Program-made: the position numbers and the translations under genes
Source: Candidatus Limnocylindrales bacterium
GTDB lineage: Bacteria > Chloroflexota > Limnocylindria > Limnocylindrales > CSP1-4
DNA: 64,000 nucleotides
Assembly: GCA_038325875.1 (NCBI GenBank)
Contig: JBBQJL010000001.1
Coordinates: 50,881 to 114,880, forward strand
Direction of reading: 5' to 3'
Notes under the pieces: generated by a model
Databases searched by the model: none
What the model was told of the DNA's origin: nothing
Seen by the model: the letters and a program-made list of their open reading frames with translations, nothing else
Part shown: positions 1-9,644 of the stretch, piece by piece
How the letters are laid out: every line of letters starts with the position of its first letter
Numbering within the stretch: position 1 is the stretch's first letter

Positions 1-1217
1 AGGGGTTAGCGGGTCGGAACCGGGTCGATCTCGCCTCGTTCCTGGGGGCCGGGGTCTATCGCCACTACAGCCCGGCGGCCGTCGACCAGATCCTGCTGCG
101 GGGAGAGTGGTACACGGCCTACACCCCGTATCAGCCGGAGATCAGCCAGGGCACCCTCCAGTCCATCTATGAATACCAATCGCTGATCGCCGAGCTGGTC
201 GGCCTGGACGTCGTGTCGGCGTCCCACTACGACGGGGCTGCGGCCACGGCCGAGGCCGCCCTGATGACCTGCCGGGCGACCCGGCGCGAGCGCGTCCTCA
301 TGTCTCGGGCGGTCCATCGCCACTACCGCGAGACGACGGCCACCTACTCCCTGGGCGGCGGCCTGACCGTCGAGGAGATCCCCCTCGTCCGGGACGGCCC
401 CGAGGCCGGCACGACCGATCTGGCCGCCCTGGAGCGGCTGCTGGCCGATCCCGACCGACCGGTCGCCGGGGTCGTGGCCGGCCAGCCGAACTTCCTTGGG
501 CTACTCGAGCCGATGGCCGACATCGGTCGACTGGCGCACGCTGCCGGCGCGCTGTTCGTGGCGGTCGTCGAGCCGGTCTCGCTGGCGGTCCTCGCCCCGC
601 CCGGGGCATACGCCGCCGACATCGCGGCGGGCGAGGGCCAGCCGCTCGGGATCGCCCCGCAGTACGGGGGCCCGTATCTGGGCATCCTGGCCTCGACCGA
701 CGCGTTGATCCGGCAGATCCCCGGCCGGCTGGTCGGGATGACGACCGACCTCGACGGCCAGCGCGCCTTCGTCATGACCATGCGGGCGCGCGAGCAGGAT
801 ATCCGGCGCGAGAAGGCCGCCAGCAACATCTGCACGAACCAGGCCCTGCTCGCGCTGGCGGCCAGCGTCTACCTCGCCACGATCGGGCCGCACGGATTGC
901 GCGACGTGGCCGCCCTCGGGGCTGCCCGGGCGACGGAGCTCGAGGCGGCACTCGCTGCGATCGGTGCCGCGCGGCTGCACCCCGGCCCCTACCTGAACGA
1001 ATTCGCCGTCCGCGTGCCCGACGCTCCGGCCGTCCATCGGCGGCTCCTCGATCGGGGCATCCTGGCCGGCCTTGTCCTGGCCGAGGCCGAACCGGACGAT
1101 CCGTCTCTGGCTGATGGCCTGCTGGTGTGCGCGACCGAGGTCACGACCGAGGAGGAGATCGCCCGGTTCGCGGCGGAGTTGTCCGAGTTGATCGCCACGA
1201 CCGAGGTCGGCCGATGA
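1..1217 (+). CDS. gcvPA: Glycine dehydrogenase (decarboxylating) subunit 1, 5'-truncated at window edge
   Basis: Frame +3 reads ...YRHYSPAAVDQ...YTPYQPEISQG...ASNICTNQALLALAAS through to the stop at 1217. These are typical GcvPA P-protein motifs. The gene continues upstream of position 1. Confidence 0.85.
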   Translation, partial: GLAGRNRVDLASFLGAGVYRHYSPAAVDQILLRGEWYTAYTPYQPEISQGTLQSIYEYQSLIAELVGLDVVSASHYDGAAATAEAALMTCRATRRERVLMSRAVHRHYRETTATYSLGGGLTVEEIPLVRDGPEAGTTDLAALERLLADPDRPVAGVVAGQPNFLGLLEPMADIGRLAHAAGALFVAVVEPVSLAVLAPPGAYAADIAAGEGQPLGIAPQYGGPYLGILASTDALIRQIPGRLVGMTTDLDGQRAFVMTMRAREQDIRREKAASNICTNQALLALAASVYLATIGPHGLRDVAALGAARATELEAALAAIGAARLHPGPYLNEFAVRVPDAPAVHRRLLDRGILAGLVLAEAEPDDPSLADGLLVCATEVTTEEEIARFAAELSELIATTEVGR

Positions 1218-2716
1218 GCGTGACCGGAACTCGCCTGCAGGCGACGATCTTCGAGAAGTCGAGCCCGGGCCGCGGGGGAGGCAAGATCCCACACCCCCCG
1301 GCGGACGCGCTCGCCCGGATCCCCGCGTCCGCCCGACGGGTCAGCCCGCCGGCCCTGCCCGAGATGAACGAGCCCGAGGTCGTCCGCCACTACGTCAACC
1401 TGAGCCAGCTGAACTACGCCGTCGACACCGGCTTCTACCCGCTCGGGTCGTGCACCATGAAGTGGAACCCGAAGCTCAACGAGTGGGCCGCTCGCCTGCC
1501 CGGCTTCACGGCGCTCCACCCGCTCGCACCGGACTCGGTCGCCCAGGGCACACTCCAGCTGCTGTGGGAGCTCGAGGGCGCGCTGGCCGAGATCAGCGGG
1601 ATGCGGGCAGTCACGCTTCAACCGGCCGCCGGCGCCCAGGGTGAGCTGACCGGGATCCTGATGATCCGGGCCTACCACCGCGAGCGAGGCGACCTCGAGC
1701 GGACCGAGGTCCTCGTTCCGGACAGCTCGCACGGGACCAACCCGGCGACGGCGTCGATGGCCGGCTTCACGACGGTCACCGTCCCGTCGGCGCCCGACGG
1801 CGGGGTTGACCTCGACGCGTTCAAGGCGACGCTTGGGCCGCGGACGGCGGCGGTCATGATCACCAACCCGTCGACGCTCGGACTGTTCGAGGCGCGCATC
1901 GGCGAGCTGCTCGGTGCGGTCCACGCGGCCGGCGCGCTGGCCTACATGGACGGAGCCAACCTGAACGCGATCCTCGGCCGGTTCAAGCCCGGCGAGGCGG
2001 GCTTCGACGTGATGCACTTCAACGTCCACAAGACGTTCAGCACGCCGCACGGCGGCGGTGGCCCAGGCGCAGGTCCGGTCGGCGTGGGGCCGAAGCTCAT
2101 GCCCTACCTGCCCTTCCCACGTGTCCTGCGCGAGCCGGACGACACGTTCCGTCTGGAGCGAGCCGGCGAGCGCCCTTCGTCGATCGGTCGGATGCGCAGC
2201 TTCGTCGGCAACACCGGGGTCCTCGTTCGCGCGTTTGCCTATATCCGCGCCCACGGCGGGACCGGCCTGCGCGAGGTCAGCGAGGACGCCGTGCTCGCCG
2301 CCAACTACCTCAAGGTGCGCCTGGCCGGAACGTTCGATGAGCCCCATGGGGACCGTGCCTGCAAGCACGAGTTCGTGGCCTCGGCCTCGAGCATCAAGAA
2401 GGCGACCGGCGTGCGCACCCTCGACATCGCCAAGCGCCTGATCGACTACGGCTACCACCCGCCGACGATCTACTTCCCGCTGATCGTCGACGAGGGGATG
2501 CTCATCGAACCGACCGAGACCGAACCGATCGAGACGCTCGACGCGTTCGCCGACGCCCTGATCGCGATCGCCGCCGAGGCGCGCTCGACGCCCGAGCTCG
2601 TCCTCGAGGCGCCGCACAACGCCCCGGTCCGGCGTCTCGACGAGGCGATGGCAGCCCGCCATCCCAACCTCCGCTGGCGGCCGATGGCCGGTGCCGACAC
2701 GCCGTGCCCGGACTGA
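1214..2716 (+). CDS. gcvPB: Glycine dehydrogenase (decarboxylating) subunit 2
   Basis: The ATG at 1214 overlaps the gcvPA stop (ATGA). The protein reads MSVTGTRL...NYAVDTGFYPLGSCTMKWNPK...HFNVHKTFSTPHGGGGPG, which are typical GcvPB motifs. Confidence 0.85.
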   Translation: MSVTGTRLQATIFEKSSPGRGGGKIPHPPADALARIPASARRVSPPALPEMNEPEVVRHYVNLSQLNYAVDTGFYPLGSCTMKWNPKLNEWAARLPGFTALHPLAPDSVAQGTLQLLWELEGALAEISGMRAVTLQPAAGAQGELTGILMIRAYHRERGDLERTEVLVPDSSHGTNPATASMAGFTTVTVPSAPDGGVDLDAFKATLGPRTAAVMITNPSTLGLFEARIGELLGAVHAAGALAYMDGANLNAILGRFKPGEAGFDVMHFNVHKTFSTPHGGGGPGAGPVGVGPKLMPYLPFPRVLREPDDTFRLERAGERPSSIGRMRSFVGNTGVLVRAFAYIRAHGGTGLREVSEDAVLAANYLKVRLAGTFDEPHGDRACKHEFVASASSIKKATGVRTLDIAKRLIDYGYHPPTIYFPLIVDEGMLIEPTETEPIETLDAFADALIAIAAEARSTPELVLEAPHNAPVRRLDEAMAARHPNLRWRPMAGADTPCPD

Positions 2717-2741
2717 CCCGGGAGCTCCCGAGCGCAGGGCG

Positions 2742-3467
2742 ATGAACCTCGCACGGCGCCGGGGCGTATCTTCAGGTGGGAGTACTGGACGATCGCCCAC
2801 GCGCGACTCGAAGGAGCCGACCACGAGCGAGCCGATCGACGATGCGGAGCGAGGACGCCGGCTGGCCGAAGAGATCGTCCTCCTCGAGCGGATGCAGCGC
2901 GACGACCTCGACGCGTTCGAGGCGTTCTTCATCCGCTACAGGACCCCGATCTATCGGACCGCGTACGGCCTGACCGGGGACCCGCAGGCAGCCGAAGAGA
3001 TCCTTCAGGACACCTTCGCCAGGGCCTACCAGCGCCGTCACGTCCTGCGCACCGACGTCTCGCCGTTGCCCTGGTTGCATCGGGTCGCGCTCAACTTGTG
3101 CTATTCGCGCCTGGGTCGCCGTCGCCTGCCGTCCTCGCCGATGGAGGACTCCGTCGTCGGGCTGGTCCGCGACCTGGCGACCGAGCCGGCCGAGCACGCC
3201 GAGCAGCAGGAGCTGCGGCGCATCGTCCGCGACGGTGTGGCGCACCTTCCGCCCAAGCACCAGAGCGTGATCATCCTGTACTACCTCCACGGGCTGTCGC
3301 TCCAGGAGACCGCCCAGCTCCTTGACATCCGTCTCGGCACGGTCAAGTCGCGGTTGCACTACGCGCTGCGCTCGCTGCGGACGGGACTCGAAGGGGACCG
3401 GCGCTTCGGTGGCGCCTACGGCGAGATCTCGCCCGTCCCGTCCGAGATCGCGGAAGCCCCCCCGTGA
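2742..3467 (+). CDS. ECF-family RNA polymerase sigma-70 factor
   Basis: Region 2 (EEIVLLERMQRDDLDAFEAFFIRYRTPIYRTAYGLTGD) and a region 4 HTH (LYYLHGLSLQETAQLLDIRLGTVKSRLHYA) are both present. The start at the ATG at 2742 is chosen to avoid overlap with gcvPB and is uncertain. Confidence 0.75.
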   Translation: MNLARRRGVSSGGSTGRSPTRDSKEPTTSEPIDDAERGRRLAEEIVLLERMQRDDLDAFEAFFIRYRTPIYRTAYGLTGDPQAAEEILQDTFARAYQRRHVLRTDVSPLPWLHRVALNLCYSRLGRRRLPSSPMEDSVVGLVRDLATEPAEHAEQQELRRIVRDGVAHLPPKHQSVIILYYLHGLSLQETAQLLDIRLGTVKSRLHYALRSLRTGLEGDRRFGGAYGEISPVPSEIAEAPP

Positions 3468-4039
3468 TGGGCCGGCCGAGCGGCTGCGGCAACCATCGCG
3501 CCGAGCTGATCGCGTTCGCGGAGCGCTCCGAGCGCGGCGCACGGACGGATGCTGCTCTCGATCACCTCGGCCGCTGTCCGCGCTGCCGGGCCGATCTGAC
3601 CGAGACCATGCTGGCCATCCATGCCGTTCGTCGGACGCTGGCCGAAGCCGCCACGGTCGATCCGCCGGCTGACGCCTGGGATCGGTTGCGCGACCGCGTC
3701 CAGCGGCCGGTGACGGGCGTCTGGCAGGCGAGGACCTCGCTGGCCGGGGTGATCGTGGGCGCCGGCCTGGTCGCGGCGCTCGTCGGGCCGGTGGCGGTGT
3801 TCCCCTCAGCCGGGACGGTCGAGCGAGAGCCCGGGCCGGCTCCGGCGGTGCTCCATGCCAGGACCGAGGCGGACCAGCGTGCAGAGATGGCGTTCCTGAG
3901 CCGGGTCAGGATCGAACCACCGCAACGGCAGGTGCCGGTCGCGGTGATCACCTCGACAAGCGGATGGTCGGGCCCCGACGGGCTGGGCCGATCCGCGCCA
4001 CCCATCCGGGTCGACGCGCCACCGGATCGGGCTGCCTGA
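3464..4039 (+). CDS. Anti-sigma factor, zinc-binding (ZAS-like) with a single TM segment
   Basis: The start overlaps the sigma-factor stop (ATGA at 3464). It carries an HxxxCxxC motif (HLGRCPRCR) and a hydrophobic stretch LAGVIVGAGLVAALVGPVAVF. This is the classic ECF sigma/anti-sigma pairing. Confidence 0.65.
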   Translation: MMGRPSGCGNHRAELIAFAERSERGARTDAALDHLGRCPRCRADLTETMLAIHAVRRTLAEAATVDPPADAWDRLRDRVQRPVTGVWQARTSLAGVIVGAGLVAALVGPVAVFPSAGTVEREPGPAPAVLHARTEADQRAEMAFLSRVRIEPPQRQVPVAVITSTSGWSGPDGLGRSAPPIRVDAPPDRAA

Positions 4040-4157
4040 GCCGGACTGCGGACCGGTCGACATCCGCGAAGGAGGAGGTGCGAGACTCGATCAGGACGGC
4101 CGCCCGGGCCGGATCGGAGCTCCGTCCGGCGAAGGCCGCGGCCCCGATCCACGTGAG

Positions 4158-4186
4158 TTGACACGGTTCGGGTCCGTCCGCATAGT
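4158..4186 (+). promoter_or_regulatory. Candidate sigma-70-type promoter for Dpp/Opp operon 1 (TTGACA-N17-CATAGT)
   Basis: TTGACA at 4158-4163, a 17-nt spacer, then CATAGT at 4181-4186. This lies about 170 nt upstream of the SBP start at 4358. Confidence 0.3.
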
Positions 4187-4357
4187 ACCGGGAGCGCAGG
4201 GACCGCAGTTCACCGTGCGCTCGTTTGCCCACCGTTTCCGTGCCGGCGGCCCAGTTTGCGCAGCAGATGGACCCGGGAGGTGGTGGCGGCCGACGACGCA
4301 GGTGCGGTCCGATGCGATTGAGAGTGACAGGTTCAGTATCCGTTTGGAGGACCGCAC

Positions 4358-6217
4358 ATGCGGAATCGCCTACTTGGCTTGCTCGCGACCTCGGCGATCG
4401 TATTCGCCGCATGCCAGGGCGCAACGAGCTCGCCGTCCGTTTCGTCCGCGCCAGCGAGCGCGCCACCACCGCCATCTGAGGCCGCCGGCTCACCGACAGA
4501 GGCGCCGGCACCGACGCCGATCGACATCAATCAGCTGCTGTACGGCTACAAGTACGAGCCGACCGCCGGTACCCCGGGCGGCAAGGTGATCATCTCGGAC
4601 TGGCAGGCCGCCAACCAGCTCAACCCGTACTACTCGAACGCGTTCGCCAACAGCGAGGTCTTCGCCGCCACGATGCGGTCGCTGCTGACGACCACCAACG
4701 ACGGCAAGTACAAGCCGGACCTCGCGCCCGAGCCGATCACCTTCGCCGACAACGTCAAGACCGACGCCGACGGCAAGGGTGGCTTCACGGTCAGCGTCAA
4801 GCTCAAGCCGAACCTCAAGTGGTCGGACGGCGTGCCCCTGACGCTCAACGACCTGAAGTGGACCCAGTCGTGGATCATGGACCCGAAGCAGGTCGGTATC
4901 GCGACCGGCGGCTACGACCAGATCGACAACATCACGGTCGGTGCCGATGGCCTGACCGCGGACATCCACTTCAAGGCAGCCTATGCGGGCTGGCTCGGCC
5001 TGGTCGGCGGCTATGTGATGCTCCCGGAGCATTACATGAAGTCGATCCCGGTCAAGGATGCCCCGGCCAAGAGCTACCCGCTGTCGGCCGGCATCGCCAA
5101 GGCGCCGGTCAGCGGCCCGTTCAAGTACACCAGCGCCACGGCCGACACGATCGAGCTCGTCCGCAATGACAACTGGGCGGGTGGCGATCATCCGGCCTAC
5201 CTCGACGCCGTGACCTACAAGTTCTTCCCCGACAACAAGGAGGGGATGATCGCGGCCTTCCTGGCCGATGAGATCGACATCGCCCTGGACCTCGTCCAGG
5301 CCGACTACGACGCCATCAAGGACGTGCCGGCCAGCCAGGGCAAGGCCATCCTCGAGCCGGCTTGGCTGTACGAGCACTTCGATATGAACCAGGCGGGCCT
5401 TGGTCAGGGCAAGGGCCACCCGGCCCTCAAGGACCTGGTCGTCCGCCAGGCGATCGCCCAGGCCATCGACAAGAAGGCCATGTGGGAGACCGTCTTCCCG
5501 GGCGCGCCATACCCGGACAACAACCCGTGCACCAATGCCACCCCGACCAACTACTGGCAGCTCCAGGACGCGAAGTGCCTGCCGTTCGACGTGGCCGCCG
5601 CCAACAAGGCGCTCGATGACGCCGGCTACAAGACCGGCACCGACGGGATCCGCGTCGACAAGTCCGGTAACCCGCTCGTCTTCGAGCACTGCACCTCGAC
5701 CGCCGGCTTCCGCCAGCTGGGCGGCGACTTCCTCGCGAAGTCCCTCCAGCCGATCGGCATCAAGCTCAACCTGAACTTCGTCGACTCCACGACCATCCTG
5801 TTCGCCAACTGGCCGGACGTGAAGGCCGACACGAAGTGCAACCTGGCCCACGGCGGCTACGACACGTCGGAGTTCGCCTACGTCCTCACTCTCGATCTGT
5901 TCGGGGACTACTACTACAGCTACGCCTCGGAGCAGATCCCGACCGATGCCAACAAGGGCGACGGGTACAACTACCTGCGCCTGAGCAACAAGGACATGGA
6001 CGCGGCGATCAACGTCCTCAAGGCGGAGACCGACCAGGCCAAGCAGCTGGACGCGGCCTACGCTATCCAGCAGGTTTACATCGACAGCATTCCGGAAGTG
6101 GTCCTCTACTACCGCAACGAAGCGCGTGGTGTGAGCAACCGCGTCCAGAACTTCCTCAAGAACCCCTCCACCGCCTCGGACATGTGGAATATCGAGGACT
6201 GGTGGGTCCAGAAGTAA
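4358..6217 (+). CDS. Peptide/nickel ABC transporter substrate-binding lipoprotein (SBP family 5, DppA/OppA-like), operon 1
   Basis: N-terminal signal peptide with lipobox (LLATSAIVFAAC), about 620 aa, and family-5 SBP motifs. It is followed by two permease genes and two ATPase genes. Confidence 0.85.
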   Translation: MRNRLLGLLATSAIVFAACQGATSSPSVSSAPASAPPPPSEAAGSPTEAPAPTPIDINQLLYGYKYEPTAGTPGGKVIISDWQAANQLNPYYSNAFANSEVFAATMRSLLTTTNDGKYKPDLAPEPITFADNVKTDADGKGGFTVSVKLKPNLKWSDGVPLTLNDLKWTQSWIMDPKQVGIATGGYDQIDNITVGADGLTADIHFKAAYAGWLGLVGGYVMLPEHYMKSIPVKDAPAKSYPLSAGIAKAPVSGPFKYTSATADTIELVRNDNWAGGDHPAYLDAVTYKFFPDNKEGMIAAFLADEIDIALDLVQADYDAIKDVPASQGKAILEPAWLYEHFDMNQAGLGQGKGHPALKDLVVRQAIAQAIDKKAMWETVFPGAPYPDNNPCTNATPTNYWQLQDAKCLPFDVAAANKALDDAGYKTGTDGIRVDKSGNPLVFEHCTSTAGFRQLGGDFLAKSLQPIGIKLNLNFVDSTTILFANWPDVKADTKCNLAHGGYDTSEFAYVLTLDLFGDYYYSYASEQIPTDANKGDGYNYLRLSNKDMDAAINVLKAETDQAKQLDAAYAIQQVYIDSIPEVVLYYRNEARGVSNRVQNFLKNPSTASDMWNIEDWWVQK

Positions 6218-6238
6218 CCTCTAACCCTTGACCTTCGC

Positions 6239-6269
6239 GGACGGCGGCTCGACACCCGAGCCGCCGTCC
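6239..6269 (+). terminator. Perfect 13-bp-stem hairpin after the SBP gene (intra-operon attenuator/stabiliser; no U-run)
   Basis: GGACGGCGGCTCG-acacc-CGAGCCGCCGTCC. This is typical of the stem-loops that follow SBP genes in ABC operons. Confidence 0.4.
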
Positions 6270-6405
6270 GTGCTTCAGCTCTGCCGCCGGCGCCGTCCGG
6301 ACGCAGGCCCCGACCGAGGTCCGCGGTGACCGACTCCTGCCGGGGGATCGTCGAGTCGATCCCCAACTCGACAATCAGCCCGTTCCTGACAGCCGGTGAC
6401 CCTCA

Positions 6406-7539
6406 ATGACGAAGTTCATCATCCGTCGGGCGATCGGCCTCATCCCGCTCCTGCTCGGCGTCGTTGTCATCAGCTTCCTGTTGATGAAAGCCGCCCCAGG
6501 CGGCCCCCAGGCGGCCTTCCAGGGCAACAAGAAGATCAGCCAGGAGCAGATCGACGCCTGGCTCACGCGCTGGTGTCTCCAGCCGACCGACGTCAACACG
6601 CCGATCGTGCAGCAGGTCGGCAACTACTTCATCGAGTTCGGCGGCTGGTTCGGCATCCTGAACTGCAACAAGTCGGGCACCCAGGCGTTCTTCTCGGACG
6701 CCGGCGGGCTGAACTTCCTGCCGTCTGCCCTTAGCGGCGGCACGAACGGGGTGATCCACGGCGATCTCGGCTACGGGATCAAGACCGGTCGCCCGGTCAC
6801 CGACCTGATCGCCGAGCGGATCCCGGCCACGTTCATCCTGGCCTCCACCGCGCTCGTCCTGTGGGTGTCGATCGCCATCCTGCTGGGCGTCTACGCAGCG
6901 ATCCACCGCTACTCGCTGTTCGACCAGTCGGTGACCTTCCTCAGCTACATCTTCTACTCGCTCCCGACGTTCTGGCTCGGGCTCAACCTGATCTTCATCT
7001 TCGGAGTCGCCCTGAGATGGTTCCCGACCGGGGGCATCATCAGCACCCGCGACTGGTCGCCGTTCAACACGCCGCATTATTGGGTCCAGTTCGGAGCCAA
7101 CCCGACCGGCGCGATCGTCGACATCGGACGGCACCTCTTCCTGCCGGTCCTGACCCTGGTCGCGGTCAACATCGCCGGTGACAGCCGGTTCGTCCGGGCG
7201 TCGATGCTCGAGTCGATCAACCAGGACTACGTCCGAACGGCCAAGGCCAAGGGCCTCCGCCAGCGAGTGGTCGTCGGCAAGCACGCACTGCGCAACGCGA
7301 TGCTCCCCGTCGTGACCAACGTCGCGCTCGAGATCCCGTTCCTGTTCGCCGGGGCGATCGTGACCGAGCGGATCTTCAGCTGGCCCGGGATGGGCAGCCT
7401 GTTCATCACCTCGATCGGGGATCGCGACTACTTCATCATCATGGGTCTGCTCATGGTGACCGCCAGCATCACCCTGCTGGCGAACCTGCTTGCCGACGTG
7501 ATCTATGCGGTCGTCGACCCGCGGATCCGCTATGACTGA
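6406..7539 (+). CDS. ABC transporter permease (DppB/OppB-like), operon 1
   Basis: MTKFIIRRAIGLIPLLLGVVVISFLLM... with multiple TM segments and a family-5 permease signature. Confidence 0.85.
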   Translation: MTKFIIRRAIGLIPLLLGVVVISFLLMKAAPGGPQAAFQGNKKISQEQIDAWLTRWCLQPTDVNTPIVQQVGNYFIEFGGWFGILNCNKSGTQAFFSDAGGLNFLPSALSGGTNGVIHGDLGYGIKTGRPVTDLIAERIPATFILASTALVLWVSIAILLGVYAAIHRYSLFDQSVTFLSYIFYSLPTFWLGLNLIFIFGVALRWFPTGGIISTRDWSPFNTPHYWVQFGANPTGAIVDIGRHLFLPVLTLVAVNIAGDSRFVRASMLESINQDYVRTAKAKGLRQRVVVGKHALRNAMLPVVTNVALEIPFLFAGAIVTERIFSWPGMGSLFITSIGDRDYFIIMGLLMVTASITLLANLLADVIYAVVDPRIRYD

Positions 7540-8542
7540 CAACGTGCCAGGCATGGGCGAGAACTCGAACGCCGATGAGGTGTTGATCCGGCCGGCGGGC
7601 GGCCCGATGAACGTCGTCCAGATGGCCGAGGGTCCGCAGCCCGAGGACTTCGAGGTGGCGCTCGAGTCGCTCAACCAATGGCAGATCGCCTGGCGGCGGT
7701 TCCGACGTCATCGCCTCGCCATGGTCGGCTCGGCCATCTTCGGGATGATGATCCTGCTGGCGATCTTCGGCCCGATCATCTGGCCGTTCGATCGGCTCGA
7801 CCTCAAGCCGGTCGCCCACAGCGGCGGAAACCCGCCGGGCTGGATGCAGGACCCGCGGACGCTGGCCGACCCGTTCGGGACCGACGACGGCGGGCGCAGC
7901 GTGTTCGTGCTGACCGTCAACGGCGCGCGCCTGTCGATGCTCATCGGGGTCGGCACCGCGATCATCGCGGTGACGATCGGGGTGGTGGTCGGCTCGTTCG
8001 CCGGGTTCTTCGGGGGCCGCGTGGACGGCGTCCTGATGCGCTTCGTCGACCTGATGCTGACGATCCCGTTCCTGTTCGTCATCCTGGTCATGGCCCGCTT
8101 CTTCGGCGCCGGCGACCCGATCGTCCTGACCCTCATCTTCGGGTTGCTGTTCTGGCCCGGTCTGGCCCGACTCGTCCGGGCCCTGTTCCTGTCGCTCCGC
8201 GAACAGGATTTCGTGTTGGCCGCCAGGGCCGTCGGGGTGAGCGACACTCGGATCACGTTCCGGCATATCCTGCCCAACGCCCTCGGGCCGATCATCGTCT
8301 CGGCCACCCTGCTGGTGGCCTCGGCGATCGTGACCGAGGCGTTCGTGAGCTTCCTCAACTTCGGGTTGAAGGCGACCGACATCAGCTGGGGCAACGCCTT
8401 GTCCAACTCGCAGCAGTACCAGGTGGTCGGCAACTGGTGGTGGGCGTTCTTCCCCGGGATGGCCATCGCCCTGACCGTGACCGCCATCAACTTCATGGGC
8501 GACGGGCTGCGCGACGCCCTCGACCCGCGCGCCAGGGAGTGA
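7532..8542 (+). CDS. ABC transporter permease (DppC/OppC-like), operon 1
   Basis: The ATG at 7532 overlaps the DppB stop. The protein reads MTDNVPG...[17 protein letters not shown]... and carries the EAA-loop region [23 protein letters not shown]. Confidence 0.8.
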   Translation: MTDNVPGMGENSNADEVLIRPAGGPMNVVQMAEGPQPEDFEVALESLNQWQIAWRRFRRHRLAMVGSAIFGMMILLAIFGPIIWPFDRLDLKPVAHSGGNPPGWMQDPRTLADPFGTDDGGRSVFVLTVNGARLSMLIGVGTAIIAVTIGVVVGSFAGFFGGRVDGVLMRFVDLMLTIPFLFVILVMARFFGAGDPIVLTLIFGLLFWPGLARLVRALFLSLREQDFVLAARAVGVSDTRITFRHILPNALGPIIVSATLLVASAIVTEAFVSFLNFGLKATDISWGNALSNSQQYQVVGNWWWAFFPGMAIALTVTAINFMGDGLRDALDPRARE

Positions 8543-8546
8543 CCGC

Positions 8547-9644
8547 TTGACTGGCCCCGTTCCTCCGGTCGACGCTCCCGGCATCGTCGCTCCCGCCGCG
8601 GACCCTGCCGGTCGCGGGCGTCCGCTCCTGGATGTGCGCGACCTGCGGACCTACTTCCACGTGATGGACGGTGTGGTTCGGGCCGTCGACGGCGTCAGCT
8701 TCTCGATCATGCCCGGCGAGACGCTCGGCATCGTGGGTGAGTCGGGCTGCGGCAAGAGCGTGACTTCGCTGTCGATCATGCGCCTGCTGGACATGCCGCC
8801 CGCTGAGATCCCGAGCGGGCAGATCCTGTTCGAGGGGCGCGACCTGCTGACCCTGCCGGACGAGGAGATGCGCAAGGTCCGCGGCAATGACATCGCGATG
8901 ATCTTCCAGGAGCCGATGACCAGCCTCAACCCGGTGTTCACCGTCGGTGACCAGATCGCCGAAGCGGTCATCGAGCACCAGGACCTGTCCAAGAAGGCTG
9001 CCTGGGACAAGGCCATCGAGTCGATCAAGGCGGTCGGGATCAACAACCCCGAACGGCGGGTCAAGCAGTACCCGCACGAGCTGTCGGGCGGGATGCGCCA
9101 ACGGGTGATGATCGCGATGGCCCTGTCGTGCGATCCGAAGCTGCTCATCGCCGACGAGCCGACGACGGCCCTGGACGTGACCATCCAGGCCCAGATCCTG
9201 GAGCTGATCCGCGAGGTCCAGGATCGGACGGGGGCGGCCCTGATGCTGATCACCCACGATCTCGGCGTGGTCGCCGAGACGGTCAAGGACGTCGTCGTGA
9301 TGTACGCCGGACGGATCGTCGAGGAGGGCAGCGTCGAGGAGGTGCTGCTGGCACCCAAGCACCCCTACACCGAGGGGCTGCTCGGATCCATCCCGTCGCG
9401 CGGGAAGCGCGGTGTGCGCCTGAACGTCATCCGCGGCACGGTCCCGAACCCGTTCAACATGCCACCCGGCTGCAACTTCGCGCCGCGCTGCCCGTATGCG
9501 TTCGAGCCGTGCGGCCCGAACGACCCCCACATCCTCGATGCCAGCCCGCCCGATGTCGCCTGCTGGCTGTATACGGCGGCGCCGGGCTCGCCGACGCCAC
9601 CTCGGGTCCGACCGCGGCTCGATCTCGTCGAGGCCCTCGGGTGA
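8547..9644 (+). CDS. ABC transporter ATP-binding protein (DppD/OppD-like), operon 1
   Basis: Walker A GESGCGKS, signature LSGGMRQR, Walker [13 protein letters not shown], and the C-terminal oligopeptide-ABC Cys motif. The TTG start at 8547 is uncertain. Confidence 0.85.
   Translation: MTGPVPPVDAPGIVAPAADPAGRGRPLLDVRDLRTYFHVMDGVVRAVDGVSFSIMPGETLGIVGESGCGKSVTSLSIMRLLDMPPAEIPSGQILFEGRDLLTLPDEEMRKVRGNDIAMIFQEPMTSLNPVFTVGDQIAEAVIEHQDLSKKAAWDKAIESIKAVGINNPERRVKQYPHELSGGMRQRVMIAMALSCDPKLLIADEPTTALDVTIQAQILELIREVQDRTGAALMLITHDLGVVAETVKDVVVMYAGRIVEEGSVEEVLLAPKHPYTEGLLGSIPSRGKRGVRLNVIRGTVPNPFNMPPGCNFAPRCPYAFEPCGPNDPHILDASPPDVACWLYTAAPGSPTPPRVRPRLDLVEALG

Noticed and set aside
989-2932. 647-aa minus-strand ORF antisense to gcvPA/gcvPB. 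Similar long antisense or alternate-frame ORFs occur at 501-1292, 4490-5851, 6403-7674, 10980-12701, 14264-15958, 15964-17124, 31530-33044, 32939-34258, 34255-35517, 38423-40081, 39984-41423, 43125-44300, 49952-51640 and elsewhere.
   Set aside because: They have Arg/Pro/Gly-rich, low-complexity translations with no recognisable domains. Each lies opposite or out of frame to a strongly supported conserved gene. Stop-free frames of this kind are expected in ~70% GC DNA.
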